Program-made: the position numbers and the translations under genes
DNA from: an uncultured Planctomycetota bacterium
Lineage (GTDB): Bacteria; Planctomycetota; SKW154; DAOVDS01
Length of the DNA: 64,000 nt
Assembly (NCBI GenBank): GCA_964641955.1
Contig: CAZXNM010000003.1
Span: 197,813-261,812 of the forward strand
Direction: 5' to 3'
Shown: one piece after another, positions 56,227-64,000 of the stretch
Numbering within the stretch: position 1 is the first letter of the stretch
Layout of the letters: each line of letters starts with the position of its first letter
Notes under the pieces: model-generated
The model's input: only the letters and a program-made list of their open reading frames with translations
Databases searched by the model: none
What the model was told of the DNA's origin: nothing

Positions 56227-57084
56227 TTACTGCGAGAGACGCAGGCCTTTCCCCTTGGCGTATACGTACAGGTCCACGTAATCGCCGGGTCCTATGTTGC
56301 GCTGCAGCTCCGGGAACTCGTTGGCGCGGAAGCAGGGGCGGTACTGCCGCATAAGGTTGAAATAAGTCTTCGAGCTGACCTCGCCGGCGATGAAATCGAT
56401 TATCTCCTTCGAGCCGGCGATGCCGTTCGGCATGACAAGGTGGCGGACTATCAGCCCACTGACTGCCACGCCGTCTTCCATGACAAGGTCCCCGACCTGC
56501 CTGTGCATCTCCTTTATGGCGGACTTCATTCGCTTGGGGTAATCCTTCGCGTCGCTGTACTTCTTGGACATCTCGGGGTCGGAGTACTTGGCGTCCGGCA
56601 TGTAAATGTCTATGAGCCCGTCGAGCAGCTTGAGGGTCTTGACGGAATCGTAACCGCCGGTGTTGTAAACGACGGGAACTTCGAGCCCTCGATTTTTTGC
56701 AATCTTGAGGGCCACGACGAGCTGGGGGGCGAAGTGCGTGGGAGTTACCAGGTTGATGTTGTGCGCGCCGGCGGCCTGGAGCTTGAGCATCATCTGCGCG
56801 AGCTCCTCTTCGCTCACGGGAAAGCCCTCGAGCCCGTGGCTTATCTCGTAGTTCTGGCAGAAAACGCACTTGAGGTTGCATCCCGCGAAGAATATCGTGC
56901 CGGACCCGCCGGTTCCCACGAGCGGAGGCTCTTCGCCGAAGTGCTTCGAGAAGCTGGAGACCAGCACCTCGCGCGCGGCGCCGCATTTGCCTATTTCTCC
57001 CTCGGCACGGTTCACCTTGCAGTTGCGCGGGCACAGACGGCACTCGCTGAGGTGCTGAACGAGAAACTCGTGGGGGTCTTTCAT
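56227..57084 (-). CDS. radical SAM protein, pyruvate formate-lyase-activating-enzyme-like (PflX-type)
   Basis: CNLKCVFCQN (CxxxCxxC) plus an N-terminal accessory Cys cluster CRLCPRNC...GKCG. ATG at 57084. Confidence 0.7.
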   Translation of the reverse strand: MKDPHEFLVQHLSECRLCPRNCKVNRAEGEIGKCGAAREVLVSSFSKHFGEEPPLVGTGGSGTIFFAGCNLKCVFCQNYEISHGLEGFPVSEEELAQMMLKLQAAGAHNINLVTPTHFAPQLVVALKIAKNRGLEVPVVYNTGGYDSVKTLKLLDGLIDIYMPDAKYSDPEMSKKYSDAKDYPKRMKSAIKEMHRQVGDLVMEDGVAVSGLIVRHLVMPNGIAGSKEIIDFIAGEVSSKTYFNLMRQYRPCFRANEFPELQRNIGPGDYVDLYVYAKGKGLRLSQ

Positions 57085-57243
57085 CTCACTCCAACACCGA
57101 CGACGTTGTGGCGAACAGGTGAGACTTCCCAAGTCAATATCATAATTGAACTTGTCCGGATTTCAAGCACTTTTTAGCAGGCGCGGTTACAAATATGCAA
57201 CTGTGCGCATCTGCTGTGCGCTCCAAACGGGCCAAAAAAGGCC

Positions 57244-57271
57244 TTGTATTGGCCGTTGCGCGCTGTATAAT
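57244..57271 (+). promoter_or_regulatory. candidate sigma70-type promoter (TTGTAT-N16-TATAAT) for the tig-clpP-clpX operon
   Basis: Hexamers at 57244-57249 and 57266-57271, about 45 nt upstream of the tig GTG start. Confidence 0.4.
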
Positions 57272-57315
57272 CGCGGTTTCTCACACCGTAGCATGGGTAA
57301 AGAAAGGGTCGAAAG

Positions 57316-58716
57316 GTGCAGGTCGCAATTGAAGATATCGGAAGCTGCAAGAAGAAGCTGAAAATCGAGGTGCCTGCCGAAAAGGTCACCGAGGAACTCG
57401 ACAAGCGCATGAAGGAGCTGAAAGAATCGGCGGAACTCCCCGGGTTCCGGCGCGGGCACATTCCTGCCCGGCTCTTCGAGAAACGCTTCGGCAAGAAGCT
57501 GCGCGAAGCCGTCAAGGGCGACCTGAGCGCCGAAGTGTTCGAGGAGGCGCTCAAGGAGCACAAGCTCGAACCCCTCAGCGAGCCGGAATTCCCCGGAATG
57601 GAGGATATCGAGCTTGAGCGCGAGACGCCGTTTTCGTTCGAGGTAGAGCTTTTCGTGAAGCCGCAGGTCAAGCTCGAAGACTACGTGGGCATCGAGGTCA
57701 AGGCCGAGGAAATCGGCGTTACGGACGAGGAAGTCGAGGATGCCATAGGCCAGGTGCGCCGGGAGAGGGCGGAACTGGTTCCGGTCGCGGACAAGGCTTC
57801 GGGCGAAGAAGACATGCTCATGGTGGATGTCGAGGTCTTGGCCGAGGGGCAGGTGCTGCACAGCTCGCAGTCTTCGTACGTGGGCGTGGGCTCGAAGGGC
57901 GTATTCGGCGTGGAGATTGAGGGGCTGCCCGAGAAGCTTAAGGGCCGCAAGGCGGGCGACTCGGTCGAGTTCGAGTTCGAGCTGCCCAAGACATCCGCGC
58001 TCGAATACGGCGAGGAGCTTGTCGGCAAGACCGCTAAGTGCGCATTGAAGGTAAACGAGGTCAAGACGCTGAAAGTGCCCGAAGCGACGGACGAATGGGC
58101 CAAAGAGGTCGGTTTCGAATCGATTGCCGACATGCGCGAGAAGGTCGGGGAGCAGGTGCGCGCGGCGAAGGAGCGCGGGCGCGACCGCTACGTCGAGCAG
58201 AGAATTCTCGACAAACTCCTGGAAGCGACCCCCTTCGACGTGCCTACGGAAATGATTGAGGCAAAGGCGCACGAAGTGACCGAGTACAGGCGGTTCCAGC
58301 TTCTGAAGGCCGGCGTGGAGAGCGAAAAGATAGACGCGGACCTCGATGACTACCGGGCGCTTTCCAGGAAGGAACTGGAGCGTAATTTCAAGGAAGACCT
58401 GCTGCTGAGCAAAATCGCCGAACTCGAAAACATATTCGTCACGGAAGAAGAGGTTGACGGGGCAATCGCCCAGATAGCGCTGAGCAGGGGCCAGATGCCG
58501 GACGCCTTCAGGGAAGATATGGACTCGCGGGGGCTTACTGCGAGGCTGCGCTCGGAACTTCTCGAATCGAGGGTCAAGGAATACCTGCGCAAGAAGGCGA
58601 AACTCGAACTCGTGCCGGAAGGCGCGCTCGCGAAAGAAGAAAAGAAGGAAGAAAAAAAGGAGACTTCCGCGGAAGAAGAGAAGCCCGCGGACGGCCAGGA
58701 AAAGACCGGGGAATAG
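57316..58716 (+). CDS. tig: trigger factor
   Basis: MQVAIEDIGSCKKKLKIEVPAE, GFRRGHIP ribosome-binding motif, PPIase and C-terminal domains, acidic tail. Confidence 0.9.
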   Translation: MQVAIEDIGSCKKKLKIEVPAEKVTEELDKRMKELKESAELPGFRRGHIPARLFEKRFGKKLREAVKGDLSAEVFEEALKEHKLEPLSEPEFPGMEDIELERETPFSFEVELFVKPQVKLEDYVGIEVKAEEIGVTDEEVEDAIGQVRRERAELVPVADKASGEEDMLMVDVEVLAEGQVLHSSQSSYVGVGSKGVFGVEIEGLPEKLKGRKAGDSVEFEFELPKTSALEYGEELVGKTAKCALKVNEVKTLKVPEATDEWAKEVGFESIADMREKVGEQVRAAKERGRDRYVEQRILDKLLEATPFDVPTEMIEAKAHEVTEYRRFQLLKAGVESEKIDADLDDYRALSRKELERNFKEDLLLSKIAELENIFVTEEEVDGAIAQIALSRGQMPDAFREDMDSRGLTARLRSELLESRVKEYLRKKAKLELVPEGALAKEEKKEEKKETSAEEEKPADGQEKTGE

Positions 58717-58728
58717 AAAGGCAGCGCA

Positions 58729-59406
58729 ATGAACGACGATAAAATCATTCATCCGCCTTACGGGCAGCTCACACCCATAGTGATAGAGCGGGACGGGAGG
58801 GGCGAGCGAAGCTACGATATCTTCAGCCGCCTGCTCAAGGACAGGATTATCTTCCTGGGCTACCCGATAACCGACCACGTGGCCAACATAATCACGGCGC
58901 AGATGCTGTTCCTGGCGATGGAGAACAAGAAGCTCGACATCAACCTGTACCTGAACACGCCCGGCGGCTCGATAAGCGCGGGCCTCGCCATTTACGACAC
59001 CATGCAGTACGTGGAGTGCGACGTATCGACCGTCTGCATCGGAATGGCCGCGTCAATGGGGGCTGTTCTTCTGGCCGCGGGCAACAAGGGCAAGCGCTAC
59101 GCGCTGCCGCATTCGCGCATCATGATACACCAGCCCTGGGGCGGCTTCGAGGGCGCGGCAAGCGACATATCGAGGCAGGCGGAAGAAATTCTCGAGCTGA
59201 AGAAAATGCTCAATCAGATTCTCGCCGAGAATACGGGCAAGCCTTACGAGACGGTGGAAAAGGACTCGGACCGCGATTTCTACATGAGCCCGAAGGAAGC
59301 CAAGGAATACGGCATAATCGACGACGTGATAGTCAATATAAAAGATACAGGTGTAGCAGATACAGGCGAAAAGAAGGATAAGGACGAGAAGGAAGACAAG
59401 AAATAG
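58729..59406 (+). CDS. clpP: ATP-dependent Clp protease proteolytic subunit (with Lys/Asp-rich C-terminal tail)
   Basis: Catalytic triad context [24 protein letters not shown]. Confidence 0.95.
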   Translation: MNDDKIIHPPYGQLTPIVIERDGRGERSYDIFSRLLKDRIIFLGYPITDHVANIITAQMLFLAMENKKLDINLYLNTPGGSISAGLAIYDTMQYVECDVSTVCIGMAASMGAVLLAAGNKGKRYALPHSRIMIHQPWGGFEGAASDISRQAEEILELKKMLNQILAENTGKPYETVEKDSDRDFYMSPKEAKEYGIIDDVIVNIKDTGVADTGEKKDKDEKEDKK

Positions 59407-59438
59407 CGAACCTTGCGGGGTTAGCGGGGAGCGTTGCC

Positions 59439-60731
59439 GTGACGACCGGCAAGTCGAATAACAGCAAGACACATCAATGCCTTTTCTGCGGGGGCTCCCC
59501 GGAGCGCGTCGGCAGGCTGCTCCAGGGCATGGGCAATTCGCTGATTTGCCAGAGCTGCGTGGAGATGCTCTACTCCGTCGTCCAGGAGCAGAAGAGGCGC
59601 ACCCACGGCGAGCGCCTTTTCAAGGGCGGCAAGCTCCCTTCGCCAAGGGAAATCATGGAGGGGCTGGACCAGTACGTAATCGGCCAGGACAGGGCCAAGA
59701 AGATTATCTCCGTCGCCGTGCACAACCACTACAAGCGCCTCCTGTCGCGCTTCGACCCCGGCGGCGTCGAGCTCGACAAGTCCAACGTGCTGCTTATCGG
59801 CCCGACCGGCTGCGGCAAGACCCTGCTTGCGCGTACGCTCGCGAGGCTCCTCAACGTGCCGTTCGCAATCGGCGACGCCACGACGCTGACCGAGGCCGGT
59901 TACGTCGGGGAGGACGTGGAGAACCTGCTGCTCAAGCTCCTGCAGGCCGCGGAGTGGGACCTCTCGCGGGCGGAGCAGGGTATCATATTCATAGACGAGA
60001 TAGACAAGCTCGCCAAGGCGCCCGTGAACGTCTCGATAACGCGCGACGTGTCCGGAGAGGGAGTACAGCAGGCGCTTCTCAAGATGCTCGAGGGCACCAT
60101 CTCGAACGTCCCGCCGCAGGGCGGGCGAAAGCACCCCGAGCAGCAGTACATCCCCTTCGACACGACCAACGTGCTGTTCGTATGCAGCGGAACGTTCGTC
60201 GGACTTACGGACATCGTCGGCAAGAGAGTGGGCAAGAGCCGCATAGGCTACAAGAAGATGGCCGAGGAGTCATGGGGAGAATCGCACACAAAGTCGGAGA
60301 TGCTCGAGCGGGTCATCGAAGAGGACATCGTCGAGTACGGCCTGATTCCCGAACTCGTGGGCCGGCTGCCGGTCGTGGCGACGCTGGGCGAGCTTGACAG
60401 GGACAGCCTCGTGAGAATCATGCTCGAGCCCAGAAACGCGGTCGTCAAGCAGTACAAGAAGTTCTTCGAGATGGAAGGGGCCGAACTCGAATTCAAGAAT
60501 TCCGCGTTGACGGAGATTGCCGAGAAGGCCCTGGCGAAAGAAACGGGCGCCAGGGGGCTGCGTTCCATGATAGAGCAGATAATGCTCGACACCATGTTCG
60601 AGATGCCGGAGCAGGGCGCCGGAAACAAGTACGTCGTCAGCCCCGAGGTCGTTCGGGGAGAGAAGAAGCTGCGCCCCGTCAAGAAGAGGGCCTCCAAGAA
60701 GGCAAGCCCGCCGAAACAGAGTACTGCTTAG
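59439..60731 (+). CDS. clpX: ATP-dependent Clp protease ATP-binding subunit ClpX
   Basis: C4 zinc finger CLFCGG...CQSC, Walker [12 protein letters not shown]-like loop, sensor motifs. GTG start. Confidence 0.95.
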   Translation: MTTGKSNNSKTHQCLFCGGSPERVGRLLQGMGNSLICQSCVEMLYSVVQEQKRRTHGERLFKGGKLPSPREIMEGLDQYVIGQDRAKKIISVAVHNHYKRLLSRFDPGGVELDKSNVLLIGPTGCGKTLLARTLARLLNVPFAIGDATTLTEAGYVGEDVENLLLKLLQAAEWDLSRAEQGIIFIDEIDKLAKAPVNVSITRDVSGEGVQQALLKMLEGTISNVPPQGGRKHPEQQYIPFDTTNVLFVCSGTFVGLTDIVGKRVGKSRIGYKKMAEESWGESHTKSEMLERVIEEDIVEYGLIPELVGRLPVVATLGELDRDSLVRIMLEPRNAVVKQYKKFFEMEGAELEFKNSALTEIAEKALAKETGARGLRSMIEQIMLDTMFEMPEQGAGNKYVVSPEVVRGEKKLRPVKKRASKKASPPKQSTA

Positions 60732-60773
60732 CGGTATCGGCTGAGCACGCAGCTTGAGAGCCGGAAAGAGAAA

Positions 60774-63497
60774 ATGGCTGCCAAACCTGAACTTGCGCCG
60801 AGGTACGACCCCAAGCCGGTCGAACAGAAATGGTACCAGACCTGGGAGTCGGAGTCCTGCTTCGAGGCCCCCGTCAATAATGAGCCCGGGCACTACTCGA
60901 TTGTCATCCCGCCGCCGAACATCACCGGCGAGCTGCACATGGGCCACGCCCTCAACAACACCATCCAGGATATTTACGTGCGCCTGAACCGCATGCGGGG
61001 AATTGACACGCTCTGGCTGCCCGGCACCGACCACGCATCCATCGCGACCGAGAACGTCGTGAATCGCACCCTCGAAGGCGAGGGCACCACCAAGAAAGCG
61101 CTCGGCCGGGAGAAGTTCCTCGAACGCGTCTGGGCCTGGAAGGAGCAGTACGGCTCCCGAATTATAGACCAGTTGAAGCACCTCGGATGCTCCTGCGACT
61201 GGTCCCGCACCCGGTTCACCATGGACGAGGGGCTTTCGAGGGCTGTGCGCGAGGTTTTCGTCAGGCTGTTCGACAAGGGGCTTATCTACCGGGGAACGTA
61301 TCTCGTCAACTGGTGCACGAAGTGCGGTACGGCTCTCTCCGACGACGAGGTCGAGCACCACGAGACGAAGGGCAAGCTCTGGTGGATTCGCTATCCCGTA
61401 AAGGATTCGAAGGACTTCATCGAGGTCGCCACCACGCGCCCGGAGACAATGCTCGGTGACAGCGCGGTTGCCGTGAACCCGAAGGACGCGCGATACCGCG
61501 ACTTGCTCAAGACGACGGTGATACTCCCGGTAATCGGGCGGGAGCTGAAGGTGATAGCGGATGACTTCGTTGACCCCGCGTTCGGAAGCGGCGTGGTCAA
61601 GGTCACTCCCGCGCACGACCCCAACGACGCCGAGATGGGCGAGCGACACAAGCTCGAATTCATAAACATCCTGAACCCGGACGGCACGCTCAACGAAAAC
61701 GCCGGCCCATACGCGGGCATGGGGGTCTACGAGGCGCGGGAGAAGCTGGTCGGGGACCTCGAAAGCGCGGGCCTCCTCGTCAAAATCGAGGACTACGACA
61801 CCTCCATCGGCGAGTGTTACCGCTGCCACACCCCCGTCGAGCCTTACGTCTCGACGCAGTGGTTCGTGAAGATGAAGCCGCTCGCGGAGCCTGCGGCGCA
61901 GGTGGTTCGCGACGGCAGGGTGACTTTCTATCCCGCGCGGTGGAAGGACTTCTACCTCTCGTGGCTCGACAACGTGCGCGACTGGTGCATCTCGCGCCAG
62001 CTCTGGTGGGGGCACCGCATCCCCGTCTATTACTGCGCCTGCGGCGAGGTCGTTGTCTCGGTCGATAAGCCGGAAAAATGCCCGGAGTGCGGCTCGAAGA
62101 AGCTTACGCAGGATGAGGATGTTCTGGACACGTGGTTCTCGTCGGCGCTCTGGCCGTTCTCGACCATGGGATGGCCGGAGGAAACGACGCTCCTGAAGAA
62201 GTACTATCCCACCGACGTCCTCGTGACCGACCGCGGCATTATCTTCTTCTGGGTCGCGCGCATGGTCATGATGGGCCTCGAGTTCATGAACGAGATACCG
62301 TTCCATGATGTCTACATCCACGGCACCATCCTCGACGAACTCGGGCGCAAGATGTCCAAGTCTACGGGCAACGGCATCGACCCGTTAATCATGATACAGG
62401 GCGGCGTGCAGAAGTATCTCGACGAGGATTACGAGTGCGACGGATTCGGTGCGGACGCGGTGAGGTTCTCGCTGATTTCGCTAAGCGCCGAGGGGCAGGA
62501 CCTCAAACTCTCGCCGACGCGCTTCGAGATGGGCCGTAACTTCTGCAACAAGCTCTGGAACGCAACCCGCTTCGCTCTGATGAACCTCGAAGACTACTCG
62601 CCCGGCGAGTGGGAAGACGGCGATTTGGAGTTTGAAGACAGGTGGATTCTGTCACGGCTCAACTCGGTCATCCGTGATTATGCCACGGCACTCGACAGGT
62701 ACCGCATGCACGAAGCGGCGAACATAATCTACCACTTCACGTGGCACGAGTTCTGCGACTGGTACCTCGAACTTATCAAGCCCCGTATTTCCGCAGGAGA
62801 TAAAAGCAAAGTCATTGCGCAACGTGTACTTGCGCACGTACTCGGTGATATTCTTGCAATGCTTCATCCCATAATGCCGTTTATAACGGAAGAATTGTAC
62901 TCGTACCTTAAAACTGTAACGAGTAAAGGCAAAGGTTATCTAATAGTTGCTAACTTTCCGGAAGCCGGTAGCCAGTATATTAGCACGGATGATCCTGTCG
63001 CGATGCGACTGTTTGAAGGGCTGCAGGATATTTCTAAGAAAGTCCGGAATGTTTTCGGTGAGGTAGGAGTTTCAAGTCCCAGTGACCTTACAGTAACAGT
63101 ATCTGTACCCGACAATGATTTATATGACTATTGCAGGGACAAAGAGGGCTTCATCAAGAGAACAACAGGTGTAAACGAGGTTGCTATAGGTGTCAATCTT
63201 CCCAAACCTCCTCGTTCAGCGACAGCTATTGCATATTTTCCGGAGCTGCCGCCTAACAGGACTCCTGTGGATGTTCATGTATCTCTCGATGAACAGGCAG
63301 TAGAAAAAGAAAAGGCCAGACTTGATAAAGAGATAGAGAAAGCGCAGAAGGCGCTTGAGGGGACGGAGAGGAAGCTCGAGAACAAGCAGTTTCTGGAGAA
63401 GGCGCCGGCCGAGGTGGTCGAGCAGGCAAAGGCGAAGAAGGCCGAGCTGACGGAAAAAATCGCGAAACTCAGGGAGAGTCTCGAAAGTCTCAAATAA
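60774..63497 (+). CDS. valS: valine--tRNA ligase
   Basis: HMGH and KMSKS motifs, editing domain, C-terminal coiled coil. 907 aa. Confidence 0.95.
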   Translation: MAAKPELAPRYDPKPVEQKWYQTWESESCFEAPVNNEPGHYSIVIPPPNITGELHMGHALNNTIQDIYVRLNRMRGIDTLWLPGTDHASIATENVVNRTLEGEGTTKKALGREKFLERVWAWKEQYGSRIIDQLKHLGCSCDWSRTRFTMDEGLSRAVREVFVRLFDKGLIYRGTYLVNWCTKCGTALSDDEVEHHETKGKLWWIRYPVKDSKDFIEVATTRPETMLGDSAVAVNPKDARYRDLLKTTVILPVIGRELKVIADDFVDPAFGSGVVKVTPAHDPNDAEMGERHKLEFINILNPDGTLNENAGPYAGMGVYEAREKLVGDLESAGLLVKIEDYDTSIGECYRCHTPVEPYVSTQWFVKMKPLAEPAAQVVRDGRVTFYPARWKDFYLSWLDNVRDWCISRQLWWGHRIPVYYCACGEVVVSVDKPEKCPECGSKKLTQDEDVLDTWFSSALWPFSTMGWPEETTLLKKYYPTDVLVTDRGIIFFWVARMVMMGLEFMNEIPFHDVYIHGTILDELGRKMSKSTGNGIDPLIMIQGGVQKYLDEDYECDGFGADAVRFSLISLSAEGQDLKLSPTRFEMGRNFCNKLWNATRFALMNLEDYSPGEWEDGDLEFEDRWILSRLNSVIRDYATALDRYRMHEAANIIYHFTWHEFCDWYLELIKPRISAGDKSKVIAQRVLAHVLGDILAMLHPIMPFITEELYSYLKTVTSKGKGYLIVANFPEAGSQYISTDDPVAMRLFEGLQDISKKVRNVFGEVGVSSPSDLTVTVSVPDNDLYDYCRDKEGFIKRTTGVNEVAIGVNLPKPPRSATAIAYFPELPPNRTPVDVHVSLDEQAVEKEKARLDKEIEKAQKALEGTERKLENKQFLEKAPAEVVEQAKAKKAELTEKIAKLRESLESLK

Positions 63498-63521
63498 CAA
63501 GACCTGGGGTTCGGCCGGGGG

Positions 63522-63824
63522 ATGGATATAATGAACCTGCATATAACGAACATTGCGCCGATGGTTACCGAGATAGAGCTCCGGGCGCTTTTCGAGCGGC
63601 TGGTGCCCGTGGCATCTGTGAGAATCCTGCCCGGGGGCGATGCGCTGGTGACGTTCGACACGGAAGAGGATGCGGGCAGGGCGCTGCGCGAGCTTGACGG
63701 GAGCGTTCTCGGAGGCAGGGCGCTGTCAATGAGGAGGGCGCTGCCGCGCAGGGAGCGCGAGGAGAGCACGCGGCGCGACGAGGAAGCCGAAAGCGGACCT
63801 GCAACCCCGGACACCGGGAGGTAA
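63522..63824 (+). CDS. RNA-recognition-motif (RRM) RNA-binding protein
   Basis: RNP-type beta-alpha-beta fold signature (LHITNIAP...GDALVTFDTEEDAGRALREL) plus an Arg/Glu-rich tail. Confidence 0.65.
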   Translation: MDIMNLHITNIAPMVTEIELRALFERLVPVASVRILPGGDALVTFDTEEDAGRALRELDGSVLGGRALSMRRALPRREREESTRRDEEAESGPATPDTGR

Positions 63825-63827
63825 GAA

Positions 63828-64000
63828 GTGGAGCCTAACAAGAACGAGTTCGACGACACGAAATTCGGCGAGTGGGCCAGGAACAAGGGCATAATCAGCG
63901 ATGAGCAGTTGCAGGAGGCCCTGCGCATACAGATACGCCTCGAAAAGGAATTCGGGGAGCGATGGAACATAGGCGAGGTCCTGTACCGCAAGGGATACAT
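63828..64000 (+). CDS. hypothetical protein, 5' part only (possible MshEN/GspE-N-like domain)
   Basis: GTG start. GIISDEQLQEALRIQ resembles T2SS-E N-terminal domain helices. Truncated by the window edge. Confidence 0.3.
   Translation, partial: MEPNKNEFDDTKFGEWARNKGIISDEQLQEALRIQIRLEKEFGERWNIGEVLYRKGY

Noticed and set aside
55068-56354. 428-aa plus-strand ORF
   Set aside because: Antisense to the HEAT-repeat gene. The repeat periodicity exists only in the minus-strand translation.
57187-58878. 563-aa minus-strand ORF
   Set aside because: Antisense to tig/clpP. Spurious.
60270-62321. 683-aa minus-strand ORF
   Set aside because: Antisense to valS. The sense-strand product has HMGH/KMSKS motifs. 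The antisense product is Arg/Leu/Pro-rich low complexity.
1-64000. CRISPR arrays, rRNA genes, transposases/integrases, phage genes
   Set aside because: No direct-repeat/spacer arrays, no rRNA-like segments, and no recombinase or transposase ORFs were seen. The window looks like core chromosome with accessory operons, not a mobile element.

Overview
This is a high-GC (about 60-65 % by eye) bacterial chromosomal window, densely coding on both strands, with no rRNA, tRNA or CRISPR array detected. Housekeeping content: rimO (3' end), pgsA-pgpA, a hemC-hemD-hemB operon followed by an ADP-forming acetyl-CoA synthetase, folD, panD-panC-folK-pssA-psd, the classic thrS-infC-rpmI-rplT-pheS-pheT operon (infC uses its hallmark AUU start codon), galK, tig-clpP-clpX and valS. 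The accessory content is more notable. (1) A GAF-GGDEF diguanylate cyclase sits with an RsbW-like kinase and a STAS anti-sigma antagonist, forming a partner-switching module. (2) A translationally coupled MoxR / DUF58 / DUF4129 / DUF4350 / SpoIIM-like / RDD cluster is bracketed by two B-box zinc-finger proteins. (3) My top candidate for an undescribed system is a tight operon at 25.1-31.6 kb. It encodes a lipoprotein/membrane protein that ends in a Gly6-Ser-(Cys-Ala)n tail, written in DNA as a TGYGCN hexanucleotide repeat plus a G9 homopolymer. This is followed directly by a radical SAM/SPASM enzyme carrying an N-terminal PqqD-like RiPP-recognition element (RRE), then a SAM methyltransferase, a GalT-type HIT nucleotidyltransferase, a second radical SAM (twitch/SPASM-like) and an IMPase-family phosphatase. 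The operon is divergent from a heterodimeric ABC exporter pair and a secreted nitroreductase. A single extra G in the G9 tract would fuse the Cys-rich tail in frame to the radical SAM enzyme. Other oddities: a TudS/DUF523 gene with no canonical start codon, a 1239-aa multidomain membrane protein, an internally duplicated HEAT-repeat protein, and a low-GC patch inside valS. Long antisense ORFs are common, as expected in GC-rich DNA, and are rejected. All family calls rest on motifs recognised by eye; no database searches were run.
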